From: Seison nebaliae
Lineage: Eukaryota
Reading direction: 5' to 3'
NCBI GenBank assembly: GCA_023231475.1
Contig: JALJEE010001981.1
Location: forward strand, 1 to 51,635
Length of the DNA: 51,635 nt
The notes under the pieces were generated by a model. It was not told where the DNA came from and made no database searches. It saw only the letters and a list, made by a program, of their open reading frames with translations. This document shows positions 25,801-37,229 of this stretch, one piece after another (within the stretch, counting starts at the first letter, position 1; the number at the start of each line of letters is the position of its first letter). The position numbers and the translations under genes are program-made.

Positions 25801-27592
25801 GTCAGAGTTCGTGGAATCGGACAAATATGACATATGTAACAAATGTGTCCATAATGTGCATCCGAAACATTTGTCGAATTATATCGATGAGGAACATCGA
25901 CGATCGAGATCGATCGATGTGAAGGATCGATTACAATCTCCGAAAAAGTATAAGTTTCGAGATGATGCCAATTTCATAGATGCATATCATCTGCACGAAA
26001 TGGAGAAGAATAATAAGAATCCGTACTACTCGAAACACATGTATTATCATTATAACAATGGTCCACAATCATCAAATAATCGTACTCGACGAAATCATCA
26101 TCATCAGCGTCATCAACGTCATTTAGCTCATGCGCATCATTCTCATGCACATAAGTTGCATGGAAAAAATCGAAAAAGAGACGCTGCTCATAATTATTAT
26201 CAAATTCCGAATATTTACGAAAAATCAAACAATTGTTTACCGCTTTTGTTGAAGAAAGAAGATTATACGAATAGCGACGTCTACAAATTGATACAGAATC
26301 ATGCCGGACAATATTTTTTAGAGAGACAAGAAGAACATACGTATGAGAATGACAAATTTCATTCACCAGTCATCGTTCCCTCACTTATTCCCATTATGTT
26401 AACGTCCACTTCGAAAGATGATCGAACTAAACGATACAAATCTGGATTGATTTCTAATAATTGTAATATTAATGATAATAATACCATCACCACCACCACT
26501 ACCAATAACAACAACAATAACAACAGTAATAATAGTGGGAATAATCAAAGTGAAAAATCGTCATCTCAACTACCCAAATTGACGCCGGACCAATATGAAT
26601 TATTAGAGAAACATTTCTTGAAACAACATCATCGACGATTGAATGAATCGAAACGCAGACCAAAAAGAAGAAAAACTACAATTTCTACAAATAACGATAA
26701 TATGGTTGATGCACATTATCATCCGTCATATTCACATTTATCTCCAAACATGTTGAAGAATGTGAGATTAGATGATCGTAATAGAATAGAGTCGAAGATG
26801 CAATCGAACGATTGCATTCCCATCTCCAAACAAAAGCGACAATATAACATTTATGACGATACACATTATAGTGGCCAACGATTACCAAATAGTTATCGTT
26901 CGGTACAACAGAAACAAGAGAAACGAGTGTCAACTCCTTCTTCGTATGATGATCGAAATCAGAGAAGTCATTCTACACTTCTAACTGACAATCGGAAGAA
27001 TGATTCGAATAATTTCATTCGATTAATTCCTTTCCCATTGGAAACACATCGAATTCCCATTAAAACTCAAAACATTCAAAGAGGTAATAAATTCAACGAA
27101 ATTATTCAAAAGAAGAGTAGTATGCATAAGAACGACCCAACGAAAAATCAGGAACGTCTCAAATTCTACAATGAAACATTCTTTCCTTCAAATGAATCGA
27201 CACAAATCATCTCGTCCATCATCACCACAATGACGAACCATCAATTACCATATAATGTAACGACAGCAACATCAACAACGTCTATAATGAATACGACGAC
27301 GAATACTATCAATACTTTAGGAACAATGAAATCTTCGTTTAAAAAAACTTCTGATATCGTTCATTCGGAGAATAAGCCACAAATGAAAATGTCAGATAAA
27401 AATCTCATAACTTCACTCCCCAACAACAACAGCAATACAAGCGTTTATTCCACACAAAATGCATTCAATTACAATCAGAATATTAATCAACGGAATTTAT
27501 CTCCATTTCCTAACGGAATGACAACTCAACCTATTAATAGAAAAGTTAATCGTCTTCCTTCAAATGATAGCGATATGACCATCGACATCTAA
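19820..27592 (+). CDS. RAPSN: Rapsyn (43-kDa acetylcholine-receptor-associated protein) orthologue, greatly enlarged, 6 exons, ~1850 aa
   Basis: TPR segments align in order with vertebrate rapsyn: LFANLSDFFYSLRDFCKCKFFLEKA; LLYKMAKVYTRLG...ESIMQSMRHSDKTMQALC; ALERYNVAL...QIESLLGIA; KALDIVNRA. RING-H2 is CSFC...CAHFFHSRC...CPKC. Exons 19820-21508, 21583-21681, 21744-22112, 22160-22213, 23802-24472 and 24922-27592 are phase-consistent. Confidence 0.88.
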
Positions 27593-29378
27593 TGTTTGTA
27601 ATGATATTGAAATGCATGTTGAGACATATTATCTTAAAAGAAAATTAATAAAGCCGTTAATCATACGAACCATTCATTATTTATTAAAATTTTCTCATCC
27701 ACCCATTTGTTTCTTCTCCTTAAACTTATTGATAAAGATATTATCGAAAAATCTTCAAAACTATGTCAATCGATGGTCTAATCCATCAATCTAATCTCAT
27801 AACGATTTATTTCAACGATTATTAACAATTTTAAGAACGAAAAATGTTCCTCCAGAATTCCACATTAAATTTTTCCATTATTCTACTGGAAATAGATCAG
27901 AATTTTTCTGATGTAACTTTTCTTTAAACTTTTTTTTATACAAATTTTAGTCTGTCAAGAATATAATTCGATTACCTGGTTAAACTTCCCAATACGTCCC
28001 AACATGTGTTGGGATCTTGCGAAAAGTTGGAAATTCCTTTCTTACTTATTCTCATCAAAAGTAATCAAGTCCTTTTCAATAACATTATAAATTAAATACC
28101 ATGGCATCATGGTCAGCAGTTTTTGAGACGACCAAGTTCATATGGAGGCATCGCACCAAACTATCTAATCCATCAAAAATCCATGCCAAATGTCATTTTC
28201 CCACTTAAAGATTATTATTAAATATTTTCCGTGATAACTAGATTTCTAACTTGTCTAGTAACGAATGTTGGTTGGAATTGGAAAATGAAGAACATTATGG
28301 ATGAGATTTATTGTGATGTTATTAAACTAATGAGAATGTATAAATATTACTATTAATCATTAAAATCCCTATTAGAAAAATTTCTGATATACATTAAATG
28401 ATTGAAAGAACGATAGTTTTAAAAGTAAAATTGTGATATTGGGAAAATAAAGTGAAAAAGGATCATATAATACTCTTCTTTATTTCCAACTTCCTCAAAT
28501 TGATTGATTTTATTTAAAACCGATTAATTTCTAATTATTCATGAGATTTAGATCGATTACTTGAGATTGAAAACAAAAGTAGTTATTTTAACTTATAATT
28601 TGTAATTAACTGAAAGTCATAACTAAACATAATTGGATAAATGTTGAAACTTCTTTTACTTATCATATCTTATAAGAAATACTAAACGATTTAAATATAA
28701 TTATTTCTATGAATGATTCTGAATAATCGTCTAATTATCGATTAAATTTCTCCCCGAAGTTCCCCATTCTTTAGATGAAGCTCTTCTCATTATCACCAAT
28801 TTCGATATTACTTGTCTTATTCCAAATTACTTATGAGATGAAATCGATATTGGAAGGAAACTTATTAATGATAATGTGTACAGCCAGTTATCTTATTTTA
28901 TTTTTTATTTACTCCGAGGGGATTTGATCATATAATAAAAACAATAATTCGAATTATCGAATATTCGAATAAAAAATCGTAAAATTTTTATTAATTTTTC
29001 AATATTTTTTTTTCTTTCTTTTCAGAAAACAAAAAATATTTTGGACATACAAAATTCTTTCTACCTGATAATTTAACCATCGAAAACACATTCCCTAATT
29101 ATCCTGATGCATCCTGTCACTCATGAAAAAATCGTACATTCCACTCAACTAAACATCGCGTAGGATGCTCAAATTAATTCGACAGCACACTAATGAACCT
29201 ATTTATGGAAAACGAGGAAAAAGTTTATTATTATTCGAATTAGACCTATAATATTAGACCATATTAATTTCATATATAACGGTTTAATTTATTAGATGAG
29301 TAGAAAAAATGTGAATAAAAATTTATTGAAAGAAATTTAAGAGAGTATTGAAAAATTGCCTACTAAAATAAAAGAAAA

Positions 29379-30287
29379 TTAAATTGAAGTTGTTTGATTC
29401 CTACAAAACAGTTTCCGTTGATAATTGATGACATATAATCTGAATCGTTTTATAGTTAACATATAAAAGAATGACATTCCAAAATTTGAGATAAAGAAAA
29501 ATTTAGAAATAAAACGACTAATTTTATGTCCTGAATATACTTGGATTAACATCAAAGTAATCTCGATTAGCGTTGACAATGTCTGTGAGAGCATATAGAC
29601 AACTACAATTAACGTTGCCTTATTTATTCGACACGAAGTCGTCCCAGACGATAGATTGATTACAATTGAATTCGGATTAATTCGTCTTCTCATTTTGGTC
29701 ATAAAGAAGATGTTGACAATTGCACAACACAACATAAAGATGATCGGCAATAAACTCAAGGCTGAAAAAATGACGGTGAGAATTTTATCTATTTGACAGA
29801 TGAGATAATCGAATTCCACTTCTGGTGATAATTGTTTGTTCATACTGACAATGACACCTGTTGAAATTGGCATTATGACGATAATTTGAATATTGATTTT
29901 AATTTCAGTAAATGATTTGAGTATCATGAATTTGTTGAATCCGTTGAGAATAATGATGGCACGATAGAGAGACATGGCACAATGTAAAAGATAATGTGTT
30001 GTAAAACAGAATATTCGGATGACAATAAATGTATAGCAAACATAAACTTCACAAAATTTTGGGAGGTTGTTCAATATCAGCACATTAAAATAAGTCAAAA
30101 CGAATGGACAATCCACCAAACAAATGACCATAACGTACGTGTATATCATTTTACTGTCCAATTTTGTCGTTTTAATAATGATAATTGTAAGAATGTTAAA
30201 TATGATGAGCAGAAGTCCATAGATCGGATACAAATACAGATCTCCCCACTTCTTCCCAATAACCAAAAACGATGCCGATTTAGCCAT
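29379..30287 (-). CDS. Divergent rhodopsin-class 7TM GPCR (chemoreceptor-like), ~302 aa, apparently intronless; 5' end uncertain
   Basis: Seven hydrophobic segments: TM1 LIIFNIL (GN-like), TM2 ICLVD, ECL1/TM3 Cys, TM3 end SLYRAIII (DRY-like) and TM7/helix 8 FFYMLTIKRFR. The first in-frame ATG is at 30287; the frame is open to a TAG acceptor at 30332-30330. Confidence 0.75.
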   Translation of the reverse strand: MAKSASFLVIGKKWGDLYLYPIYGLLLIIFNILTIIIIKTTKLDSKMIYTYVMVICLVDCPFVLTYFNVLILNNLPKFCEVYVCYTFIVIRIFCFTTHYLLHCAMSLYRAIIILNGFNKFMILKSFTEIKINIQIIVIMPISTGVIVSMNKQLSPEVEFDYLICQIDKILTVIFSALSLLPIIFMLCCAIVNIFFMTKMRRRINPNSIVINLSSGTTSCRINKATLIVVVYMLSQTLSTLIEITLMLIQVYSGHKISRFISKFFFISNFGMSFFYMLTIKRFRLYVINYQRKLFCRNQTTSI

Positions 30288-31083
30288 TTGTTGAACTGGG
30301 AAAATGAAAATATCCGTCCAATACAAATACTACAATCATATAACCTTATATTACAATCGGGGAAGTAATGTATAGATAGATGCGCTCTAACATCTCCAAT
30401 TCAATTACATTAATATTATTAGCCAATGACGTTTCATTTCATTGTTTTTTTCGCGATTTGAGTGAAATGGGTCTGGGAAAGTAATTAAATTTCATTAGAA
30501 GAAACCGTAACAAATTCAAATTATCCTTACAGTTAATTACCATGTTAATTCTCTAATGGACAGTTATGTTATTTTCATGACTCTATCGTTCTTTTAATTA
30601 AGTTTGTGGATTTCCCTAAATGTAATTGGCCTAAAATGCTGATTTCCATAATTCCTCAGTTTTTTTTCTCCAGATTTTCACAATAATTATTGAAAATGGA
30701 AAAAATAGAAAAAGCAGAAAATTCTACTACTTCAGATATATTTCAATTAGAAGAATATGAAATTATGAAGTGAAATTTCAGAGATTCAAAGTGAAGGGTA
30801 AGAATAGTAGAAACCGATCGGTTGTAATCGATTGGGAATGAAAATGATGTGGGACAAAATTGTGTACATTTATCGGTTTAATAGAAAATGAGAATCTAAA
30901 ATAAATCTAAGATAATTGAAGAGGTGATAGAGGGACCGATATTTTTCTTTCGATCGAAGATATTTTTTGGAAATTTATAACTAAATGCGAATGAGATGCT
31001 TTCTATTCTCAATAAGAAGAGTTTAACTCGCCCGCACACACAACAGTAGTATGAATGGAGAGGAGGAAAGAAACCATCATAAT

Positions 31084-33323
31084 CTACATTTGTGGCGGCT
31101 CGTTTATTTCGTCTGATTTACTCTCGTTCGGTGATTCCGTTTGTCGTCGATAACAACAAAGATAACTTTGAGGCGCAGTGTGAACCTCGGGCGATTGTTG
31201 TTCCTCGGGTAACTGGTCCAGATTGTCTTCAGCGGATCCATCTGAAGGCACCATCGGCTCAGGTTCTCCTTCAATGGGTTCAAAATCACCAAGCGGCATA
31301 TTGGTTGTGCGTTCTCCGGGCGCAGCTTTTACTTTATTTTTATCACTTCCTAATTTTCCAGTTGGTATTCCACCATAACTTTTTCTTCCCGATTGTTTTG
31401 AATTACTTCCTCCTTTGCTTTTACTACTCTTATTAAACGATCCATCGTGGTTACTGAAACCCAATTTCTCTTTCCAGGTTTTGCCGATAGAATTGTCGGA
31501 TTTGTGAGGAGATCCTTCACCTTCTTTTCCATTAGTTGGTGAACCTAACTTACCAGGACTGGTCGGATCTCTCCCCTTATCACCTCCTCTACTACTTCCA
31601 CCTCCGCTTTTACCCATTCCATTATTTCCATCTCTACTTAATTCATTACCTCCATTTCTACCGGATCCGTTACCTTCATTTCTACCAGATCCTTCACCAT
31701 TATTTCTATCTCTACCGAATGTTTTACTTCCATTCTGACCGGAACCGTTGTTCCCGTCTCTACCAATACCATTATTCCCCTCTCTACCAGTACCATTATT
31801 CCCGTCTCTACCAGTACCATTATTTCCGTCTCTACCAATACCATTATTCCCCTCTCTACCAGTACCATTATTTCCGTCTCTACCAGTACCATTATTCCCC
31901 TCTCTACCAGTACCATTATTTCCGTCTCTACCAGTACCATTATGTCCGCCTCTACCTGTACCATTATTCCCGTCTCTACCAGAACCGTTATTTCCGTCTC
32001 TACCAGTACCATTATTCCCGTCTCTCCCAGAACCGTTATTTCTATCGGATCCTATACCTCCCTCTCTATTTCTGCCGGATCCACTACCTCTATTTCTATT
32101 TCTGTCGGATCCACTACCTCTATTTCTATTTTGATCATAGTTCATATCTCCTCCATCTCTATTTCTGTCAGACTTCGTATCTCTTTTATGATCGTCGTCG
32201 TCATGTGTTCTACGACGTCTTCTTTCTTCGCCATCATGTTCATAAAAACTATCCATTCCCGCATACTTACCGTATTGTTGGACATACGATCCATTCTTTT
32301 TCTTTTTAGACTGAGGATGTCTGAAAAACATGATTCTTGAATTAAGCTTAATGAACAGAAATCATAACTTTCTGTTCGGTAAAGTTTGATTAATATCTGG
32401 TCTATCGTTTTTGGGACGGGGTCCCCTATCGGGACGTTGGTTCGAATCATCTCTTTCAGACTTTGAACAACAGAATAGATGGCAACATGTGAGCAGAGAA
32501 AGAAGAAATGCCAATGCAGTTATGACGATGATGGGTATCAATACCTTGATTGGTATTCCTTGAAGTATAGCTTTCGTCGGAGATTGGTCTTTACCTGAAA
32601 TCATTGATGTTATTAATGTATTACATTTATGTAAATCTTGAGAAAATTTAGTCATGAATATACATTTGACAAATCAATAGAAAACCATCATGTTTGAATG
32701 AATGAATTTTACTTCCCGTTGATGTTGCCCGGAAACAATTCATTTCTTGTCCTCTTCCAATCAATACCTTAAAGGAAGAACTATTTTTAAAAATTTTCAA
32801 TGATTTAATACTAAACTACTTTGACCCCTGATAATTCGCCATCAACCACAATCATCGTCGGGAAGATACTTGCCTTCGACATCTGTTCCAAATTGAACGT
32901 TCCATAATAACAAAGTTTTTTAGCATTTTCATTTCGTGGAAGATATTTCGTCAATTTACCATCTGCATGGATCTTTCTGAAGAATTTGTTATATAAATTT
33001 TCTTTGTGAATGAGACTTTTCTCTATTTTCATTATCGTACTGATATCTCGTCCTTGTATATCATTCACAATATTCATACATTGTGTATCATTAGCCGAAT
33101 AACATTGTTCTTCTGACGCTCCCATCACTTCAAACAACTCAAGGTGTAGACCTCCTACAAACTCTTTTTGGTTATCATGTCTATTACTACAAATGACGAT
33201 ATCTTTTGTCGTTGGTGGAACAGTGGGAGCATCATTAGCTAGTATTCCGCATATAAAATAAGCAAGACAAACAAGCTTAGGACTGTGCCTAAGAAAAGAC
33301 GTTGGGTAACCAATGGGAAACAT
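31084..33323 (-). CDS. Orphan type I membrane protein: signal peptide, Cys-containing ectodomain, TM, cytoplasmic Gly/Asn/Arg octapeptide repeats; 4 exons, ~687 aa
   Basis: Exons 33323-32820, 32767-32713, 32636-32369 and 32320-31084 (introns 52, 76, 48 nt) join three listed ORFs in phase. Signal-like LVCLAYFICGILA; TM VLIPIIVITALAFLLSLL followed by CCHLFCC. Confidence 0.7.
31739..32042 (-). repeat. Coding 24-bp tandem repeat (~12-13 units) encoding GNNG(T/S/I)GR(D/E)
   Basis: Plus-strand unit taccattattcccgtctctaccag repeated; flanked by two 30-bp copies at 32071-32130. Confidence 0.92.
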
Positions 33324-33771
33324 TCATTTACAAAGTATGATACTAATGTTCGTCGATGCTGATGGTTATTTAAATGGAATAGAAATTGGAACGTAAAGTA
33401 AAATTAGAATAGTAAAAAAATTAGATAAGAAGTTAAAATAAAAGTTGTTAGGTAAAGTTTAAATAAATTGTTCTTTTAGGAGAAAAGTAGTTTGTGCAAA
33501 CCACAAGCAGCGAAAACAAAAACTGAAAGAAAAACAAAAAATCAAAAAATTTGATTCATTAGAATTCTCCTCCAAATTCACATATTATTTATAAGTTTTA
33601 CATCAAACAATTCCTATCGATCCTAATCGAATTGTTCAAATATTTTTGTCGAACAAACATTTTGAAATTTGTCAAATCACAAAAGTTTATTAAGAAAATT
33701 TCCATCATTTCGCCTGTCTTTTGGCTTTCCGTCCATTCCTCTTGGTCTTATTAAGAATTGTTCGACAACAA

Positions 33772-34743
33772 ATGGATTTCTTCTATCTACTAATCATAAC
33801 TTTCTTCATCATTCCAATTGTCAACTTATCCAAAAATGTTGAAATAAAATTATTCAAATTAGACTTCTTTTGGAAACAAGTTATTCAATTAACCGTACCG
33901 AAAAATTTATCAACTATCCATCTGGGTAGAACTAAACAATTTACCATCATTACAGTGAAAGAAACCAACCAGAATTTTACACTGAAAATTAAGAGTGAAC
34001 TAGAACAAATGTTGATGGTGACGATAGTCCAGCTGAACGTATATCCAAGGACCACATTTAGTGCAAATTGCTTTCCTTTTTTCAATTGGGATTTGATATC
34101 CAAACTCTACGTTGTATCACCGAAGAGGACGGATGTCTTCTGTGGTGAGATTCATGCGCGTCGTCTGCCAATTCCCGTTGTGTACAGTAAGGAAATTGTT
34201 TTAAGATATGAGAATTATAATAAATCTCATATGGCTTCCTTCAAATTTTATGTACATCAAGTTATTCGAAAAACCGAATCTCAAAGTTGTCTTCCTGGCT
34301 TTGTGACGTGTCGTACCAATTATTGTATCGGTTCTATTTTACGATGCTCTCAATTAGTTCATAAGTACTTGAAGTATAATTGCGGAGGTTTGTCCAGGGG
34401 AACTATTGTGAGGAAATTGGCGAACATCAAGAGAAATATGGAGTCGAAAGTTAACGAATCGGATTTAGAACACTCATTTCACACGTGGAAATCTCAAGCC
34501 CGACAGTCGATCGAAATGTTCAAGTTGGGACATGATATTGATTCACTTTGTTCAAATGAAGCGTATCTACCTTGGTTGGAACAATCTCAGAATATGTCGT
34601 TATTGGGATCAACTCTCTATTACATCATTCGTTTGATAGTACTGCCAATTTCTGGTTGTTCCTTATTCTTCTACATCTTCTACAAACTCATACATCAATA
34701 TATCACCGTCATCATTCAAAATAATACCAATATGTCAATTTGA
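33772..34743 (+). CDS. Type I membrane protein with degenerate CUB domain and LDLa-like module, 323 aa, single exon
   Basis: Signal peptide MDFFYLLIITFFIIPIVNLS; CUB-like C...D...VFCGE...EIVLRY...SFKFYV; LDLa-like CLPGFVTCRTNYCIGSILRC...NCG; C-terminal TM YYIIRLIVLPISGCSLFFYIFY. Confidence 0.65.
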   Translation: MDFFYLLIITFFIIPIVNLSKNVEIKLFKLDFFWKQVIQLTVPKNLSTIHLGRTKQFTIITVKETNQNFTLKIKSELEQMLMVTIVQLNVYPRTTFSANCFPFFNWDLISKLYVVSPKRTDVFCGEIHARRLPIPVVYSKEIVLRYENYNKSHMASFKFYVHQVIRKTESQSCLPGFVTCRTNYCIGSILRCSQLVHKYLKYNCGGLSRGTIVRKLANIKRNMESKVNESDLEHSFHTWKSQARQSIEMFKLGHDIDSLCSNEAYLPWLEQSQNMSLLGSTLYYIIRLIVLPISGCSLFFYIFYKLIHQYITVIIQNNTNMSI

Positions 34744-35820
34744 TTTATTCTCATGTCTATAATTTCTTTCTTTTTCACTTGGAAATTGGGAGATTTCCAA
34801 TAAATTCACATACCTCATTCATTATCATTCACATAAATCATATTCATTGAGATTAATTGTGAGTTATAACGTGTGAAAAGTCTCGAATTAAAAATTCTTA
34901 ACAAATTAATTAAACGAAAATCAATTTATAATTTGAATTGATGGAAGTTTTTTCTTGTTCATTTCTTTAAAAATAAGTATGTGAAACTAAATCGAATAGT
35001 TTAAAAATAATAATTTTCAATTTTCTTTAAAATTTTTTTCAACGTTTCAATTCCCTAAAATTACCATGAAGCGTTATTATGATTATTATTTAATGATTAT
35101 GAAATATTAATTTTACAGAACATCATAATTTCCTATGGTTAACAATCAGTTTACTGTCCAACGTTCTTATGAATACGGTCCGTTCTCACATGTTTGACCA
35201 TTACTTCTTTTTAGTAAGCAACAGAACAATTAAAATAAAATTACCACCAATAATATGTCCAAAGTTGTAAACGAATTTATTCTCCTTATTCATCAATTTT
35301 GACATGTTTAGATTATTTATCAATTTAACAGAAACGGAAAACGATGAAAGAACAGCTTATTTAATGAGAAGTACATTCGTAAAAGTTATATGAAACTAAA
35401 TCCAGAACGAATTCTAAATTATAATGAATGAAAAAGGTGGAACATAATAATATAGTTGAAAAAAGTGAGAAATCAATGACTTTTTTCCTGCCGTTTGATC
35501 GTGAAACATTTATGGATGATATGATGAATAATGAGAAATTTGGTTTTCCCCCCATTTCCATCTATTCCTCACAATGAATTTATTTACATGAAGCATTCCT
35601 CACTTTATCAGCTCATATTCTCAGAAATTTAGCTCGTCGAAAACCTTATTCACCCACAAAATTTCCATGTATAATATATGTGGAGGCATCTCATTTCTTA
35701 AGATTACCATCACTATCTTTTATCTCCAGTTTTACGAAAGATCAAGTTTATAAAATTTTCATGAGAAAATCGAGATAATTTCTTTATTCAGAGAAAATTC
35801 ATGGGTTCAAATAATTACTT

Positions 35821-36324
35821 TTGCTAATAGTAAGAAAGTTTCTAGTGGAGAATCTAAATGACGAGAGAACTTTTTCGAAACTATACGAACGTTGCGGACG
35901 GGGAATATCAAATATAACGGTACCAAGCCGTTATAGTTCCATAACGCCTTCTGAAGTGTTGGATGAGGAGGAAGTGGAGAAAGAGAACGATCGTCGAAAA
36001 GATAGAAGAAATGATCCAACTCCACAATATGTAATAACATTCGAAGAAGGAAAGGTTTATCTCATCCATTCCATTTCTACTATATATTTCTGATTTGTAT
36101 TTGAAAGTTAAAATGAAATTAATGAAATTATTCAATTTCTCCACTTCATCTTTAGATTAGCAGTTAATTTTCCTTCTTTAAACGTTTGACAACTAAATAT
36201 TGACGTAAAGATTAAAGGACTATATACAGTACTATGGATTCCAATTATCGTCTTTTCAATAATTGCAGTACTTGAATATCATGGTCGACCGAAAACACCG
36301 AGAGCAAGTTTACTTCTCAATTGA
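35821..36324 (+). CDS. Possible small spliced gene (acidic segment plus C-terminal TM helix); start not located
   Basis: An open frame to a GT donor at 36055 can join in phase to 36211-36324 (IKGLYTVLWIPIIVFSIIAVLEYHGRPKTPRASLLLN*) through an AAG acceptor. No recognisable homology. Confidence 0.3.
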
Positions 36325-36942
36325 AAACTAGTAAATTATCTTCACAATACAACTAATTGAAATAGATACTCTTCACAAACGTGTCGAATTACGTCAAACG
36401 ATCTCACCTACAAAATGAAACATATCTGAAATTTATTGGAAACAAATTGATTTTTTTCTTTTTCAAAATATTTCTTCACAAAATTGTTTTATAAGTTCTT
36501 CTTATCTATAAGCTGTTTTTTTTTGGAACAATAAATTTTCATAAAACAAATTATTGAAAATTAACAAAATCGAATTAAAATGAATTTTCTAGAAACAGAA
36601 AATATTTTTAGTAACTTTATAAATTTGGAAGAAGATGTGTGTATAATGAAAGAGAAGTTGAATGTGCTACATATCTACAACAATTTTAAGTAAAATGAGA
36701 AGTATCTTTAAACATTGTATTTGTATGTTAGTGCATTTGATATTTCCTAATTAAAATAGAATTGACGTTATTATAAAATGATTAGTTGTTTAGAATGGAA
36801 TGAATTTATTGCGCTTTTCCACCTTCAGGCCATTTACATTCCATTCACTATTCATTGGAGAAATGGAGCTGTCTTTTCAAATGACAAATGACAATTGAAA
36901 TTGAAATTGAAATTTTTCTGTCTTTTTATTTCCTTTCTCATA

Positions 36943-37027
36943 TGTGTGTGTGTGTGTGTATGTGTGTGTGTATTTGTGAATAGTTATGTGAGTTTGTGTG
37001 TCCGTGTGTGTGTATATATATATATAT
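36943..37027. repeat. Interrupted (TG)n followed by (TA)n microsatellite upstream of MARCH6
   Basis: Directly visible. Confidence 0.85.
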
Positions 37028-37229
37028 GAATTGAAAAGAAATAACGATTCATAAATATCAAAAGGGATTTTTGTCTATTTCAAATACGAATTTTTTTTAA
37101 TGTGATTCAATTATAGACGTTACACCATATATAGTGCTCGTAAGGATAAATATCGTTTTCGTTTGGAGAATCGAATAGTATTTCAATTTGACATCGACGA
37201 TATTTGGGTGAGCGGAGTGGAATGAAAAA

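Noticed and set aside
25073..27592. 839-aa ORF as an independent gene
   Set aside because: It is in frame and contiguous with the rapsyn RING-completing exon starting at 24922.
27972..28160. U1 snRNA-like fragments (TTACCTGG, ATACCATG, CATCGCAC)
   Set aside because: Spacing is far too long for U1, with no convincing stems or Sm site.
31536..32340. Several overlapping ORFs with repeats (YQYHYSRL, PLFPSLPV, MVLVETEI)
   Set aside because: Alternative-frame and antisense shadows of the stop-free 24-bp repeat; only the GNNG frame splices to upstream exons.
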